Below are positions 10,619-21,980 of a DNA stretch of 64,000 bases, one piece after another (positions within the stretch are counted from its first letter, which is position 1; the number at the start of each line of letters is the position of its first letter). The notes beneath the pieces are model-generated. The model did not search any database, was not told where the DNA came from, and worked only from the letters and a program-made list of their open reading frames with translations. The DNA is from Novakomyces olei. Lineage: Eukaryota. The stretch is from positions 248,001-312,000 of the forward strand of contig JADEYG010000015.1 in assembly GCA_016906335.1 (NCBI GenBank). The letters run 5' to 3'. Position numbers and translations under genes: made by a program.

Positions 10619-12202
10619 TTACAGCACAATTGTACCAAACGCTGCTGCCGCAAACAGCAGCGCCCCCATGACGAACGAGACACCTCCTGCCCTGATGGAA
10701 GATGCAGTATAGTGAGCTGCACTGGTAGACGAAGACGAGCTCGAGGCGGCAGTAGCCGAACCCGAACCCGAACCCGAACCCGATGCCGATGCCGATGCCG
10801 AACCCGATGCCGAACCCGACGAAGAGGCAGAGGCAGACCCGCTAGAGCCGCCGCCGGTAGCAGTGGCAGCCTGTGAAGCTCCGCGACCAGACTCGGTCAA
10901 GGTGGCAGACATGACAAAAGTGCCAGCGCTCTGGCTCAGAGAAGCGCCGCCGCCCATATTGTAGTTGGACGGCCCGTCGTTGCCGAGCGGGCGGCCGGCT
11001 CCGTTTTGGATGTACGCCTCCGCTGCCTGCGGCATATCCGGCAGAGCCCAGATGATTGTGAAATCCGTCGTATTCTGCGGGCAGGTGGACGGCGATCCGT
11101 CGGCGGAGAAGCTCCCGTTACCGCTCGGGTTCGGAGTCTGAGCGTACATGTTCCGCAGAGTATCAAAGTCCGCAAGAGTCGTTACCTCGTCACCGTCGCC
11201 CTGAACGAGACCATAATTGTTGTCCTCCTGAGTAAACTCGTACACAAGTCCACCGGAAAAGACGCCCGTCATTTGAGTGCTGTAAATGGTCGCAATCTCG
11301 GTAAAAGGCCGATTGGGTCCATTGCTGCTACTGCCGCTGCCGCTGCCGGGAACGTCGTTGCAGCCAAACTCGGAAAAGAAGAGCGGAATAGAGAAATTGG
11401 AAAATTCTCGTACTCGCTGATCGTAACCCGACTGCTGAAAGGACGAATGACCGCACCATTCGTACTGATTGAAAGCGTAAAAATCGGCACGTTCGTCCGC
11501 CTCGTTTCCGCAGTTGAGGTACTCTGCCAGCAGAAGCCGATTCTCGGCTACATCGGCAGCGGAATACCCGACGGGAATCTGACGCGTCGACTGGGCGCGC
11601 AGGTACCGCTTCATATCACGTACAACTGCCTTTACATACGTCCCTGCGGGACTACTGTCCGCATCATTGACCACCTCGTTGCCGGCAAAGAAGCCGAGAA
11701 CATTATCAAAGCCCTTAAACGCGTCAATAGTGGCAAACACGTGTTGCAGGTAAATCGCGTTGTACGAGTCTCCCGTGTTTGTACGCGTAAGCGAGTTTTG
11801 TGACGTGTTTACGTCCAACACGAGGTATATGCCGGCGTCAGCGAGCGCCTGCATACACTCTGTGTGGTCCTGCGAGTTGTCGATCTGATAAACGCGAATG
11901 ACGTTGATCCCGAGCTGCCGCATATACGGGATATCCCGAAGGCACGTGCTGTTCCCGCCCAGCGGGTCCCGCATACTCGACGATCCGCCGGGCTGATAGT
12001 CTACGCCGCGGATGTACATCCGCTCGTGCGTAACACTGTCAAAGAAGGCATTGCCCTCGACAACGATATGGTTCGTTGCAGTAGCGGCAGTCGTGGGACC
12101 TGACGCAGTGGCCGACGAGCTGCCAGTCGTGCCTGACGCAGACTGAGCCGAGGCCGTTTGCCAGAGCGCGGCCGCTAGAAAGGCCGTTGACAATAGTCTC
12201 AT
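10619..12202 (-). CDS. GPI-anchored 1,3-beta-glucanosyltransferase (GH72, Gas/Gel family, no X8 domain)
   Basis: Signal peptide, then motifs IRGVDYQPGG, FAGNEV, YEWCG, FFSEFGC and SGGLVYE. A Ser/Ala/Gly stalk and hydrophobic GPI signal follow. No Cys-box after the catalytic domain. Confidence 0.92.
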   Translation of the reverse strand: MRLLSTAFLAAALWQTASAQSASGTTGSSSATASGPTTAATATNHIVVEGNAFFDSVTHERMYIRGVDYQPGGSSSMRDPLGGNSTCLRDIPYMRQLGINVIRVYQIDNSQDHTECMQALADAGIYLVLDVNTSQNSLTRTNTGDSYNAIYLQHVFATIDAFKGFDNVLGFFAGNEVVNDADSSPAGTYVKAVVRDMKRYLRAQSTRQIPVGYSAADVAENRLLLAEYLNCGNEADERADFYAFNQYEWCGHSSFQQSGYDQRVREFSNFSIPLFFSEFGCNDVPGSGSGSSSNGPNRPFTEIATIYSTQMTGVFSGGLVYEFTQEDNNYGLVQGDGDEVTTLADFDTLRNMYAQTPNPSGNGSFSADGSPSTCPQNTTDFTIIWALPDMPQAAEAYIQNGAGRPLGNDGPSNYNMGGGASLSQSAGTFVMSATLTESGRGASQAATATGGGSSGSASASSSGSASGSASASASGSGSGSGSATAASSSSSSTSAAHYTASSIRAGGVSFVMGALLFAAAAFGTIVL

Positions 12203-12269
12203 GGCTGCAAACAAAGAAAAGAAGAAGAGTGGTCAAAGGAAAACAAAGAGACAATAGCAGTCAAAGAGG

Positions 12270-12377
12270 AAAGAGCTCTGAAAGAGCACTGAAAAGAGCA
12301 CTGAAAGAGCAGTCACAGAACACTGAAAGAGAAAAGAGCTCTGAAAGAGGACAAAAAGACTGAAAGAGCACTGAAAG
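12270..12377. repeat. Degenerate 11-12 bp tandem repeat (CTGAAAAGAGCA) upstream of the GH72 gene
   Basis: Repeated ctgaaa(a)gagca units are directly visible. Confidence 0.65.
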
Positions 12378-13224
12378 AACGGACTGGAACGAACGGACTT
12401 GGGCCAATTGGCCAGACGAATGGACGTGTGGGCTTTGTTTGTGGCTGGCGGCGGCTCGATAAATAAATAATAAATAATAGAGAGTAATAAATAGATAGTG
12501 ATAAATAATAAAAAACTAATAGATGCATGAAAAATAGATGAATAATACATGTGTGACTTTGCTTTAATTTACATTGTACGTTTTTTTTTTGGCGTTTGTT
12601 TTTGTTTCTTGTCGGCTTCTCCGCCGCTCGCACGTATTTTTCTCTGGGATTTTTGGGATTCAGATAGGGTGAAAGGAGCAAGTATAAACGAGCTCGCTAT
12701 ATATAGAAAGCATGGAATTTACAAGTAACCGCGCGACAGGTTATTGGCTCACTATGCTTTCGCCGACACAGTGTAGATCTCTCGCGCTTCTCGTATTATA
12801 GTGAATTGATTGGCATTGTCAGTGAGAATTGCATTGCTGCCAGCGAATAGACGTGTGTGTATTAATTGCTGTCTATCTTTTTGCACACATTTTTTAAAGT
12901 TGCTGAATGAAAATAATTCAGTTCAGTATTGGATACTAATTGCTCCCATTGCCTCTCTCCTATTGGCTCAAGGCACTATTCAGGTACAGTGCGCTGCATA
13001 ATACTTGCAGCTGGTCAGGTGAATGACCGGTCCAATTTTGGTATATACAGTACGCTGTTTAAAGTGCCGTTGAATGAATCTATTTTGGGGGTTTCAAATG
13101 GTGTATGTATATCGAAAATAACTGCTAGCACCGAGCGTTATTGATAGAACGGTGGGTGCATTCCTTCCTTTTATGCCTGCCTTTTTTTTCTGGCTACCAA
13201 ATTTTTCCTGAATGAGCATCATAT

Positions 13225-13350
13225 TATTATAACGTTTTTATTATCATTACATTTTTCTTATTATTACATTTTTCTTATTATTAAATTTTTATTATTATTA
13301 CATTATTATTCATTCTTATTATTATTACATTTTTATTATTACATTATTAT
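13225..13350. repeat. AT-rich low-complexity (TTATTACATTTT-like) repeat
   Basis: Repeated ttattattacatt units are directly visible. Confidence 0.6.
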
Positions 13351-13466
13351 TCTTTCTTCCTAGATTAGCTTCCAATTATTGGGTAATAATTCATACGGCT
13401 GCAGATGAGGCAAACAACACAACGCGAATACTATATAATACATCGCCGTATAAACATTACGACAGA

Positions 13467-15118
13467 TTACGCCCGCTGAGCACGGAGCATAAATACATCG
13501 TTACGGCCGCGCTGCAACGGTTCCTCCATCCCAATTCGACCCTTAAGCCCTTCAATAGCAGAAGTTCCTACACCCAATATTATATGGGCCACATCGGCCA
13601 TAGGCGTTCCCTCACGCACGAGGTAGCATTCGCGGAACACTCCATCAGCCGTGTTGCCATGAGTAAAATTGTGGATATTTCGTACGGGAAAAACTGGAAT
13701 CAAGCCAAGCATGGCACTGGCTGCTTGCAAAACTTGGACAACCCCAGTTGATCCGTAGCGCCAAAGAACCATATCGCGCAAGTTTTCTATTCGGGTCCTC
13801 AATTTTTCATCAAGAGGCCGAAGAGACTTGTCTTCCTCATGAGTAGTGACGTCCTCCGTCCCGGGCTGGTACCGTATATAACCTTGCTGGACCAGCCGAC
13901 GTAGAAAAACTTCGGCAATAGCACTCGTCAGCACTACATTGGAATTACGTTTAGCTATTCTCGCAATGTTTATATCCGCATCAGCATGATCTATCTTGTT
14001 GAGCGCCACAACCATTGGGAACCGTACTCGACAAAAAGTGGCCACCATATGCGCTTTTTGCTCGTCCGTCCAGTCTTGCAGGGGATCAGAAATTGCTGCC
14101 TCCTCAACCGCTCTAGTTGTCACGGCCTGAGTGGCTCCGTACCCGGAGAATTGGGTTTGCAGGGCTTCTGCCACTGGGATCTTGTTGGCTACCGCTTTCC
14201 GCACCATTCCCTGCCATTTATTGCTCAAGTTTCCCAAGATCCAATAATGAATCTCGTCTCGTAGCCATTCCACATCTGCCGCTGGATTATATCCTCGGCA
14301 GGCTTTGCCTTTCTCGTCAGTCGTACCAGAGACATCAACCACGTGTACAAGCGCGTCCGCGTGCCTCAAATCATCGAGAAATTTGTTCCCCAGTCCGAGG
14401 CCTTCATGTGCGCCGGGGATAAGCCCGGCTACATCCATCAGCTGAATCGGAACGCTTCTCTGTCCGTCACGGCAGCTTGGAAAGATCAGAATTGGAACTA
14501 GAATAGACAAACAAAAACTAGTAGCATGAGATTTTAGATTTTTCATTTTAATTGAATTAAACCAGAATAAAAGTAAAAATAAGAATAAGAATAAAAATAA
14601 AAATAAAGCAGTATTAAACCAATTCATTCAACTCAAAATTAATCTAATCAAATTAAACACAAGTAGAAACCAGATCAATGAAACAAAAGCCAAGCAGACT
14701 GAAAACTCTAAACCAAGCCGAGCAGAAAGACAATTATATAGGTTACGCAAGATATTAATTGAGCAAACAAAAACTCCCGAAAAATAAATAAATTAAACAA
14801 AAACAATAATTAAAGTAGACATACCCCCCATAAAGCGGCCGGCACTGGGCTTGCTTCCCAAACCGCTGGCACGCACAGTCCACTTGTAAATATCCTACCG
14901 CATGATTCGGCTGTTTTATACGTCAGACTCAATGGCCGCATTTCAGCTTGTCACGTACCTCAATAGTGGTAAAAGGAAAAGCGCCAGTTTTGGCAGTGGC
15001 ATCCGTTAAGCTGGCAGTTAGACGAGAACTGAAACCACCAAAATCCATACGCATTGAGTGTTGTCGACTTGCCCGACGACGGCTTTCCCACAAAGCCGAT
15101 CAGCACGTCTCGCACCAT
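13467..15118 (-). CDS. OBG-family GTP-binding protein (Ygr210c-like), 4 exons
   Basis: G1 [13 protein letters not shown]2 FPFTTIEPN, G3 [24 protein letters not shown] and G4 NKID. Introns at 15050-15011 (40 nt), 14958-14911 (48 nt) and about 14824-14476. Confidence 0.9.
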
Positions 15119-15379
15119 ACACCAAACCAGTTCCTGTGTGCCGTAGACAGTATAGTGACAAACATTTATAATGCAAATTTTATATAAAAGGTTGAAATTA
15201 TTATAATTATTATGGACGTAATCCAAGTCTGTCGCGCACTATGGACATCTACTACTCTTCGCAGCTATATTGCTTGGTCTGATTTCGCACACAGTCAGAC
15301 AGCAATTCGTTTCAAGTAACGATAATGCTCGTACATAAAAAAAAACACGTATCCCGTCGTCCCTCTAATTAAATTAAAG

Positions 15380-15395
15380 ACGCGTTCGAACGCGT
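15380..15395. promoter_or_regulatory. Paired MCB (ACGCGT) elements forming a perfect 16-bp palindrome
   Basis: ACGCGTTCGAACGCGT lies about 305 bp upstream of MCM4. MCB boxes drive G1/S transcription of replication genes in yeasts. Confidence 0.55.
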
Positions 15396-15699
15396 ACTTT
15401 ATTAATTCGTGTCGTCTTTATAATATGAACGGGCAGACTTGAACTGACCGCGCGATTGTTTCGTCAGAGTTGAAACCCTTCAAAGTTGAAGCGGCCAAAC
15501 GTAGAGTACAATCTGCTCTGAACTGCCAGACGAGTACTCGGAAAACCCTAGACTGACGACTAGTCTTACACCAAACTGACTTGAATTGATCTCTGTCTGA
15601 TCTCTTTTTTTTTTTTTGATCTCTTATTTTTTGATCTCTTTCCTTTTGATCTCATCTTTTCAGTTTTAGTCCTTTTTCAAAGCAGCCAACTCCCTCTGA

Positions 15700-18504
15700 A
15701 TGGCCCCGTCCGTGTCTTCTACACCGCGTAGTGACGCGAATGCCAATATGCCGTCTGACGAGTCGCGTGTACGCGGGAGCAGTCCTCTCTTCTACCCTCC
15801 TTCGTCTTCTCCAGCGCCTTCGAGTGCCGCTACTCCCCGAGCACGGAATACTACTATGGACGTTGCTACACCTCAGCACCCTTCTTCATCCAGGCCAGGC
15901 GCAAGATCCGGGCTGGGCAGTAGTAGTATTAATGCTGCCAGCACACCACGCGGACCAGGGTCAGGAGCAGCGGCAATTTCGGCTTCCAGTCCGCTTTTCT
16001 TCCCGCCTTCTTCTCCCGCACTTTCGCGGGTAGGCGATCCCTTCCGGCAGCCCGTCCCGGTGACGCGTCTGAGCTCTGTCGACTCTGACGCGACTCTATT
16101 TGCAAACAGTCAGCAAAGCGGTGCTGGTCAAGCATCTACAACGACACGTGTAATTTGGGGAACAAATATCAATATTGTCGACGCAATGAACGCGTTTAAA
16201 CAATTTTTACGTGGATTCAAGACGCGTTACCGACGGGAACTGGAGCGTCGGGAGCGGGAGGATTTGAATATTGCCAACACTTTCGAGACACAAGCTATCG
16301 GAGAACCCGACACACACGCTATCGGAGAACCCGACACGGCTCAACCCTACGTGGACCGCATCCGTGAAATGATCCAGGCACGGCTAACAATAATAAACGT
16401 GGACGCACGTGACCTGGAATCGTACCCGGCAACCCGCAAATTGTCGGCTCAGCTGCAGACCTATCCGTCGGAAATGATCCCACTGATGGATCAAGCGCTG
16501 AAGGATGTAGTGCTCGATATGCTGCCAGAGACGGTAGCGGAGGAGGATGTAGTGGCGGTAGAACGCAGTGTCTACAAAGTTCGGCCCTACAATTTACACG
16601 GGGCCACTGTCAATATGCGGGATTTGAACCCGGCCGATATTGACAAGCTTGTGAGTATCAAGGGACTTGTCATCCGAACATCGGCAATTATACCCGATAT
16701 GAAACAGGCCTTTTTCCGGTGCAGTGTGTGCCGGCACACGGTAACGGTGGACGTTGACCGTGGCCGGATCAATGAGCCCCCACGTTGCCCTCGGCCCGAG
16801 TGTGATACGGCAAATTCTATGCAAATTGTTCATAATCGATGCCTTTTCTGTGACAAACAGGTCATTCGGCTGCAAGAGACACCGGACCACGTTCCCGCTG
16901 GACAGACGCCACACAGTGTAAGTCTTGTCTGCCACGATGAGCTGGTCGATGCAGTTCGAGCTGGTGATAGAATCTGTGTTACTGGAGTGTTTAAGGGCGA
17001 TCCTGTACGTGTAAACCCTCGTCAGCGGACGATAAAGGCACTTTTCAAGACGAGTATTGATGTAGTGCACATCTTACGGACGGACAGCCGCCGGGTCGGC
17101 TTGGATCCGTCCACCCTTGACATGGATATAGCCGATCGGGACCAGGAACAGGCATCCCGATTATCTCCGGCTGAGGAGGCAGCAATTATCCAAGTATCCC
17201 AGCGGCCGGATCATTATGCCCTGCTGGCCAGGAGTCTAGCACCGAGTATCTACGAGATGGAGGACGTTAAAAAGGGAGTACTTTTGCAATTGTTTGGTGG
17301 GACAAACAAGACTATTACCCGAGGAGGCGCTCCAAGGTACCGTGGAGATATAAACGTTTTGCTGTGCGGAGACCCTTCAACGTCCAAGTCACAGATTCTG
17401 CAGTACGTTCACCATATCGCTCCACGCGGCATCTTCACTTCTGGCAAGGGATCCTCTGCCGTCGGCCTTACTGCCTACATTACCCGTGATCCCGATACGC
17501 GGCAGCTCGTGCTCGAGTCCGGAGCACTTGTGCTTTCCGACGGAGGCGTTTGCTGTATCGACGAGTTTGACAAAATGTCGGATGCGACCCGATCCATCTT
17601 GCACGAAGTCATGGAGCAGCAAACAGTTACTATTGCTAAAGCCGGGATAATAACAACGCTGAATGCTCGCACTTCTATCCTTGCTTCGGCTAACCCGATC
17701 GGATCTCGGTACGATCCGACGTTGCCGGTAACCCGCAACATTGATCTGCCGCCAACGCTGCTGTCTCGATTCGATCTAGTCTACTTGCTGCTGGATAAAG
17801 TGGACGAGGCAGCTGACAGAAGACTCGCTCGGCATATTGTAGGCATGTACGTGCAAGATGCTCCCTTGCATGCGAGCAGTAATAGCGATACAGAGTTTCT
17901 GCCTATCGAAATGCTGACGCAGTACATATCCTACGCCAGAGCCAATTGCCACCCAATTCTCTCCGAGGAGGCCTCGGAGACGCTGGTGCGGGAGTACGTG
18001 GCCATGCGGAAGCTGGGCGAGGATGTGCGTGCCTCAGACAGACGCATAACCGCCACTACTCGGCAGTTGGAGAGTATGATCCGCTTAGCCGAGGCGTATG
18101 CTCGTACACGGCTCTCGGAGCAGGTTACTGCCGACGATGTGAAGGAGGCGAGTCGGCTTATCCGAACGGCTATCAAGGAATACGCGACTGATCCGGTCAC
18201 GGGCAAGATCTCTCTTGATCTTATCTACGTGGCAGACGCACCTCCCGCAGACAGTCTGGTCCGCGAGCTTTTGGCTCTCGTTTTCCAGCTGACTAGCGGA
18301 GAGAATGCTGTGCCAGAGAGTGCAGGCCGGGCAGTAGCAATCACTACACTTATTGCCCGGTTCCGTGAACAGAGCTCTGTGGCAGTTGCCGCCTCTACTA
18401 TCGAGGATACGCTGAACCATTTGCAACGCGATGGACGTATCGCTGTTGTCGGCAGTGGGAATAGGAGAATGGTACGGCCGCTGGCGCGTCCTGTAGGTAC
18501 TTAG
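15700..18504 (+). CDS. MCM4: DNA replication licensing factor MCM4
   Basis: SP-rich N-terminus, IWGTNI, a C4 zinc finger, Walker A GDPSTSKSQ, Walker B CCIDEFDKM and arginine finger LLSRFDL. Confidence 0.96.
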   Translation: MAPSVSSTPRSDANANMPSDESRVRGSSPLFYPPSSSPAPSSAATPRARNTTMDVATPQHPSSSRPGARSGLGSSSINAASTPRGPGSGAAAISASSPLFFPPSSPALSRVGDPFRQPVPVTRLSSVDSDATLFANSQQSGAGQASTTTRVIWGTNINIVDAMNAFKQFLRGFKTRYRRELERREREDLNIANTFETQAIGEPDTHAIGEPDTAQPYVDRIREMIQARLTIINVDARDLESYPATRKLSAQLQTYPSEMIPLMDQALKDVVLDMLPETVAEEDVVAVERSVYKVRPYNLHGATVNMRDLNPADIDKLVSIKGLVIRTSAIIPDMKQAFFRCSVCRHTVTVDVDRGRINEPPRCPRPECDTANSMQIVHNRCLFCDKQVIRLQETPDHVPAGQTPHSVSLVCHDELVDAVRAGDRICVTGVFKGDPVRVNPRQRTIKALFKTSIDVVHILRTDSRRVGLDPSTLDMDIADRDQEQASRLSPAEEAAIIQVSQRPDHYALLARSLAPSIYEMEDVKKGVLLQLFGGTNKTITRGGAPRYRGDINVLLCGDPSTSKSQILQYVHHIAPRGIFTSGKGSSAVGLTAYITRDPDTRQLVLESGALVLSDGGVCCIDEFDKMSDATRSILHEVMEQQTVTIAKAGIITTLNARTSILASANPIGSRYDPTLPVTRNIDLPPTLLSRFDLVYLLLDKVDEAADRRLARHIVGMYVQDAPLHASSNSDTEFLPIEMLTQYISYARANCHPILSEEASETLVREYVAMRKLGEDVRASDRRITATTRQLESMIRLAEAYARTRLSEQVTADDVKEASRLIRTAIKEYATDPVTGKISLDLIYVADAPPADSLVRELLALVFQLTSGENAVPESAGRAVAITTLIARFREQSSVAVAASTIEDTLNHLQRDGRIAVVGSGNRRMVRPLARPVGT

Positions 18505-18681
18505 GGTTGGTGGCTTGTTGTTGTTTGGTTTTATATAGTCTAATATGCTGTTTAGATTTCCAAATTCAAAGTGCCTTTAAGAGTAGATTGACCGGTAAAC
18601 GCCATTCACTACAACCCCAGATTCTGTTTAGAATTCTGTATCGACTGTCAAGGCGCTTATCTGCAAGCATTTGTGGAGTAT

Positions 18682-18743
18682 AAACCCTAACCCTGATATA
18701 GTGCTAACCCTAACCCTGATACATTACTAACCCTAACCCTGAC
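18682..18743. repeat. Interstitial telomere-like repeat: 23-bp unit x2.7 containing six AACCCT hexamers
   Basis: aaaccctaaccctgatatagtgc / taaccctaaccctgatacattac / taaccctaaccctgac. Confidence 0.8.
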
Positions 18744-19051
18744 AAGAGACCCTCAAATATTGTCCCGAGAAATTTTGTAATTTTGTAGACAAACCCACAA
18801 GGTCTTCTAATTGCGAAAACCCTTGCACGCTACAGCCACTATGCTGCGCTAATTCAGTACCAAAATCACAGCACCGATTATCGGTACGAGTGTCGTATAG
18901 CTCGAGCCGTATATTACTTGTCGCGAGTGATCTACTATGTAATGTGAGCTAGTATTAATCACATATTACTAATAATTTAGTACAGTATGTATATAAATGT
19001 ACGTAATAATGTTAATTTTACTCAGAACCAACTGCAACGTGTCAAATCAAA

Positions 19052-20992
19052 ATGGTGTCGTTGACAAAGCTGTCGCTGGCGGCAGTGGCGCTTTTCAGCT
19101 CTTGGCCACTTGCGCTCGCTGATGCAGAGGCTTCAGATGTGCTTGAACTCACATCTGATTCTTTTGACGAAATTGTGGCAAATACGCCTCTATTACTCGC
19201 AGAGTTTTTTGCTCCATGGTAAGTTTTTGTCTGGCTTCTTGCATTATTTATACTGGTTCTTGATCCGTCTCGGCATTTTTCAAAAGGTTGTTGAAATGCC
19301 CCCTTTTTCTTTGCCGTCTCTTCATTTCTCTCCTTCTCTCCAACCAATTCTTTACATTTTTCTCCTATTTTTTCTTGATCCTTATTTGATCTTATTTGAT
19401 CTTTTTTGATCCTTCTTGATCTTTCCCCAATAAATGCTAATATCAGGTGCGGACACTGTAAAGCTATGGCTCCCGAGTACGAGGCAGCTGCAACTGAACT
19501 CAAATCCAAGGACATAACGCTCGGAAAAATCGACTGTACTAAAGAACTCGAGCTTTGTCAGGCACAAGAAATCGCGGGATTCCCGACACTCAAAGTATTC
19601 CGTCCTAACGAGCCTCCTGAGCCTTACACAGGCGGCCGCAAACGCGAGGACATTGTCAGTTTCATGACAAAGCAAAACAAACCCGCTGTTTCCACAGTTA
19701 CTGCGGCCAATCTGACAGAGTTTTCTGAATCAGATCGCCTTGTTGTCCTCGGTGTCTTTGACGAGGCGAGTAAAGCAGGAGAGACTGCTTTTACAGCTGT
19801 AGCCAAAGAGCTGCGGTCGAGTTTTGTGTTTGGTGTAACCGATGGCAAAACTGCCGGGGCAGTTGGTGTTACACAAACTCCGGCTATCGTTATTTTCAAG
19901 ACCTTTGATGATGGCAAAGAGATCCATACTGGCGGAGCGCTTGACGATGAGGCTTACATCGCCTCCCTTGTTCGGAATGCCAATATCCCCTTTGTTGATG
20001 AGCTTTCTCCGGCAAACTTTATGACCTATATCGATGCTAAAGTGCCGCTGGCTTACTTGTTCTACGAGTCTGAGGCGGATAAGCAATCTTTTGCTCAGCA
20101 TTTATTACGGCTGGGCAAGGAGCTTAAAGGTCTTGTAAATTTCGTCACACTGGACGCTAAAATGTACGGGGGCCATGCGGCTAACGTAAATTTGCAGCCC
20201 AAATTTCCGGCTTTTGCCATCCAGGATATTGCGAATAACTTGAAATATGCCCATCCGCAGGAAGAAGGAGAGTTGACCGCTGATTCGCTGGAAACTCTGG
20301 TGCGCGATTTCGTCAAAGGTGGGCTGCAGCCCACTGTTAAATCACAGCCTCTGCCCACTCATCCTACGGAGAACGACGTCACCGTTATTGTTTCTCATAA
20401 TTACAATGATATAGTAAATGACCCGGAGCGCGATGTTCTTGTCGAGTTTTATGCTCCGTGGTGCGGGCACTGCAAGAAACTGGCTCCCTTATATAGTGAG
20501 TTGGCTGCTCTGTACTCTCAGGATCCTGAGCTGGCGGCTAAAGTTGTTGTCGCTAAAGTAGACGCTACAGAGAACGATACGCCCGAGTCAATTGAAGGGT
20601 TTCCCACTATTAAACTGTTTCCGGCTGGGCAGAAATCAGAGCCTGTCGCCTATGCGGGTGACAGATCTATTGATTCTTTTGTTGAATTTATTAAACAGTC
20701 GGGAAGCCACAAGGCTGCTCCTGCAGATTCAGCTCTGGCTTCAGCCGCGGCTCAGCGCGAAGCCCAATTGGCTCAAGCAAAAGCTCAGGCTCAGGCTGCC
20801 CAAGACCAGGCAGCAGCGGCTTCTTCACAGAGCAAGACAGATGCTGACTCGTCTACTACCGTTGCCGATAAAGTAGCAGAGTTTTTGGACACTGCTCGCA
20901 CTGTGGCCAGTAAATACTTTACTCAAGCTCAAAATGCTGCCGGAGCAGTTTACAAACGGTATATGGGAGGAGACGCGCATGATGAGCTCTAG
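19052..20992 (+). CDS. PDI1: Protein disulfide isomerase, 2 exons
   Basis: Signal peptide and two APWCGHCK thioredoxin sites, the first split by intron 19219-19446. C-terminal HDEL. Confidence 0.95.
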
Positions 20993-21980
20993 TCACTTTA
21001 GGCCCGTATGTCAGTGCAGAAATAAAAGTCGTTCGAATAGTTGTTCCAGACATGTATGTGAATTAGGCCTTGTGTTTTCAGGCTGGAGAACATATATAGA
21101 TTAGGGTTAGTATGGAGATACCGGAATAGACTAATAGCAAACGTAGAGTAATGAAAGACTTTTTTGCGTCATTAGGGTTTTGGGACCGAGCTGGTCTGTA
21201 TTAAACACTTTATTTATATTAAATTCTTTTTCTCTTGCACAGTTCCGTATGTAATAATTTTTGATGGGTTTGACAGACCAAATCGTATAGGCGAATCGGG
21301 ATTTTGCAAGATTAATATTAAAGTATTAAAGAACACTTCATCTTGCTATACCGTAACAACCCCTACTGAATTCTAGACAGACCGGTAATAGTGTGCCGTC
21401 GTCATTGCCAATGCCGATGGATCAATTTTATTCACTATATATAATACTCAAGCTAATGCCTCAATTGAAGAAATGCCCCTGACTGCGAGTTGCTACATGA
21501 ATCTCGAGCTGCCTCGAGCGAATAATGATCTGTGTTCCTTGCACAAATGTTAAAAACAAAAGCCAGGCAAATTAAGCTCATCAAGTCACTGCCAAAGAGC
21601 ATAAATTGTTTGACCTTGGCGAAAGAAGGATTCATGAAAGACCGATAACATGACAACCAGACACGGAAAACAGAGTCGATATGGATTAAAAAAGGAAAAA
21701 AAAAATATGAATCATAATTGGGAAAATAAAATGTTGGTTTAAGAGCAGTATATAAAATGTTGTTAAAGGGTACAACGACAACCAAAACAATAGACAATAG
21801 AATAAAACAAAAGTTGGTCAAAAAATGACAGCAATAAAGTGATGTATAAAGATGTCAATATTTTAATAATTATAATAAAATATAGAAAAGTAGCGATAAT
21901 TTAACCGGTTTAAGAATTAAATCACAGCTCAGCAGCGCAGCCCCTTTAGATTGATGTGTCACATTCACGGTCGAATGCGA

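Noticed and set aside
11006..11803. 265-aa plus-strand ORF and the many other overlapping ORFs in the track
   Set aside because: They are antisense or alternative-frame shadows of well-supported genes (here GH72) and carry no independent motifs.
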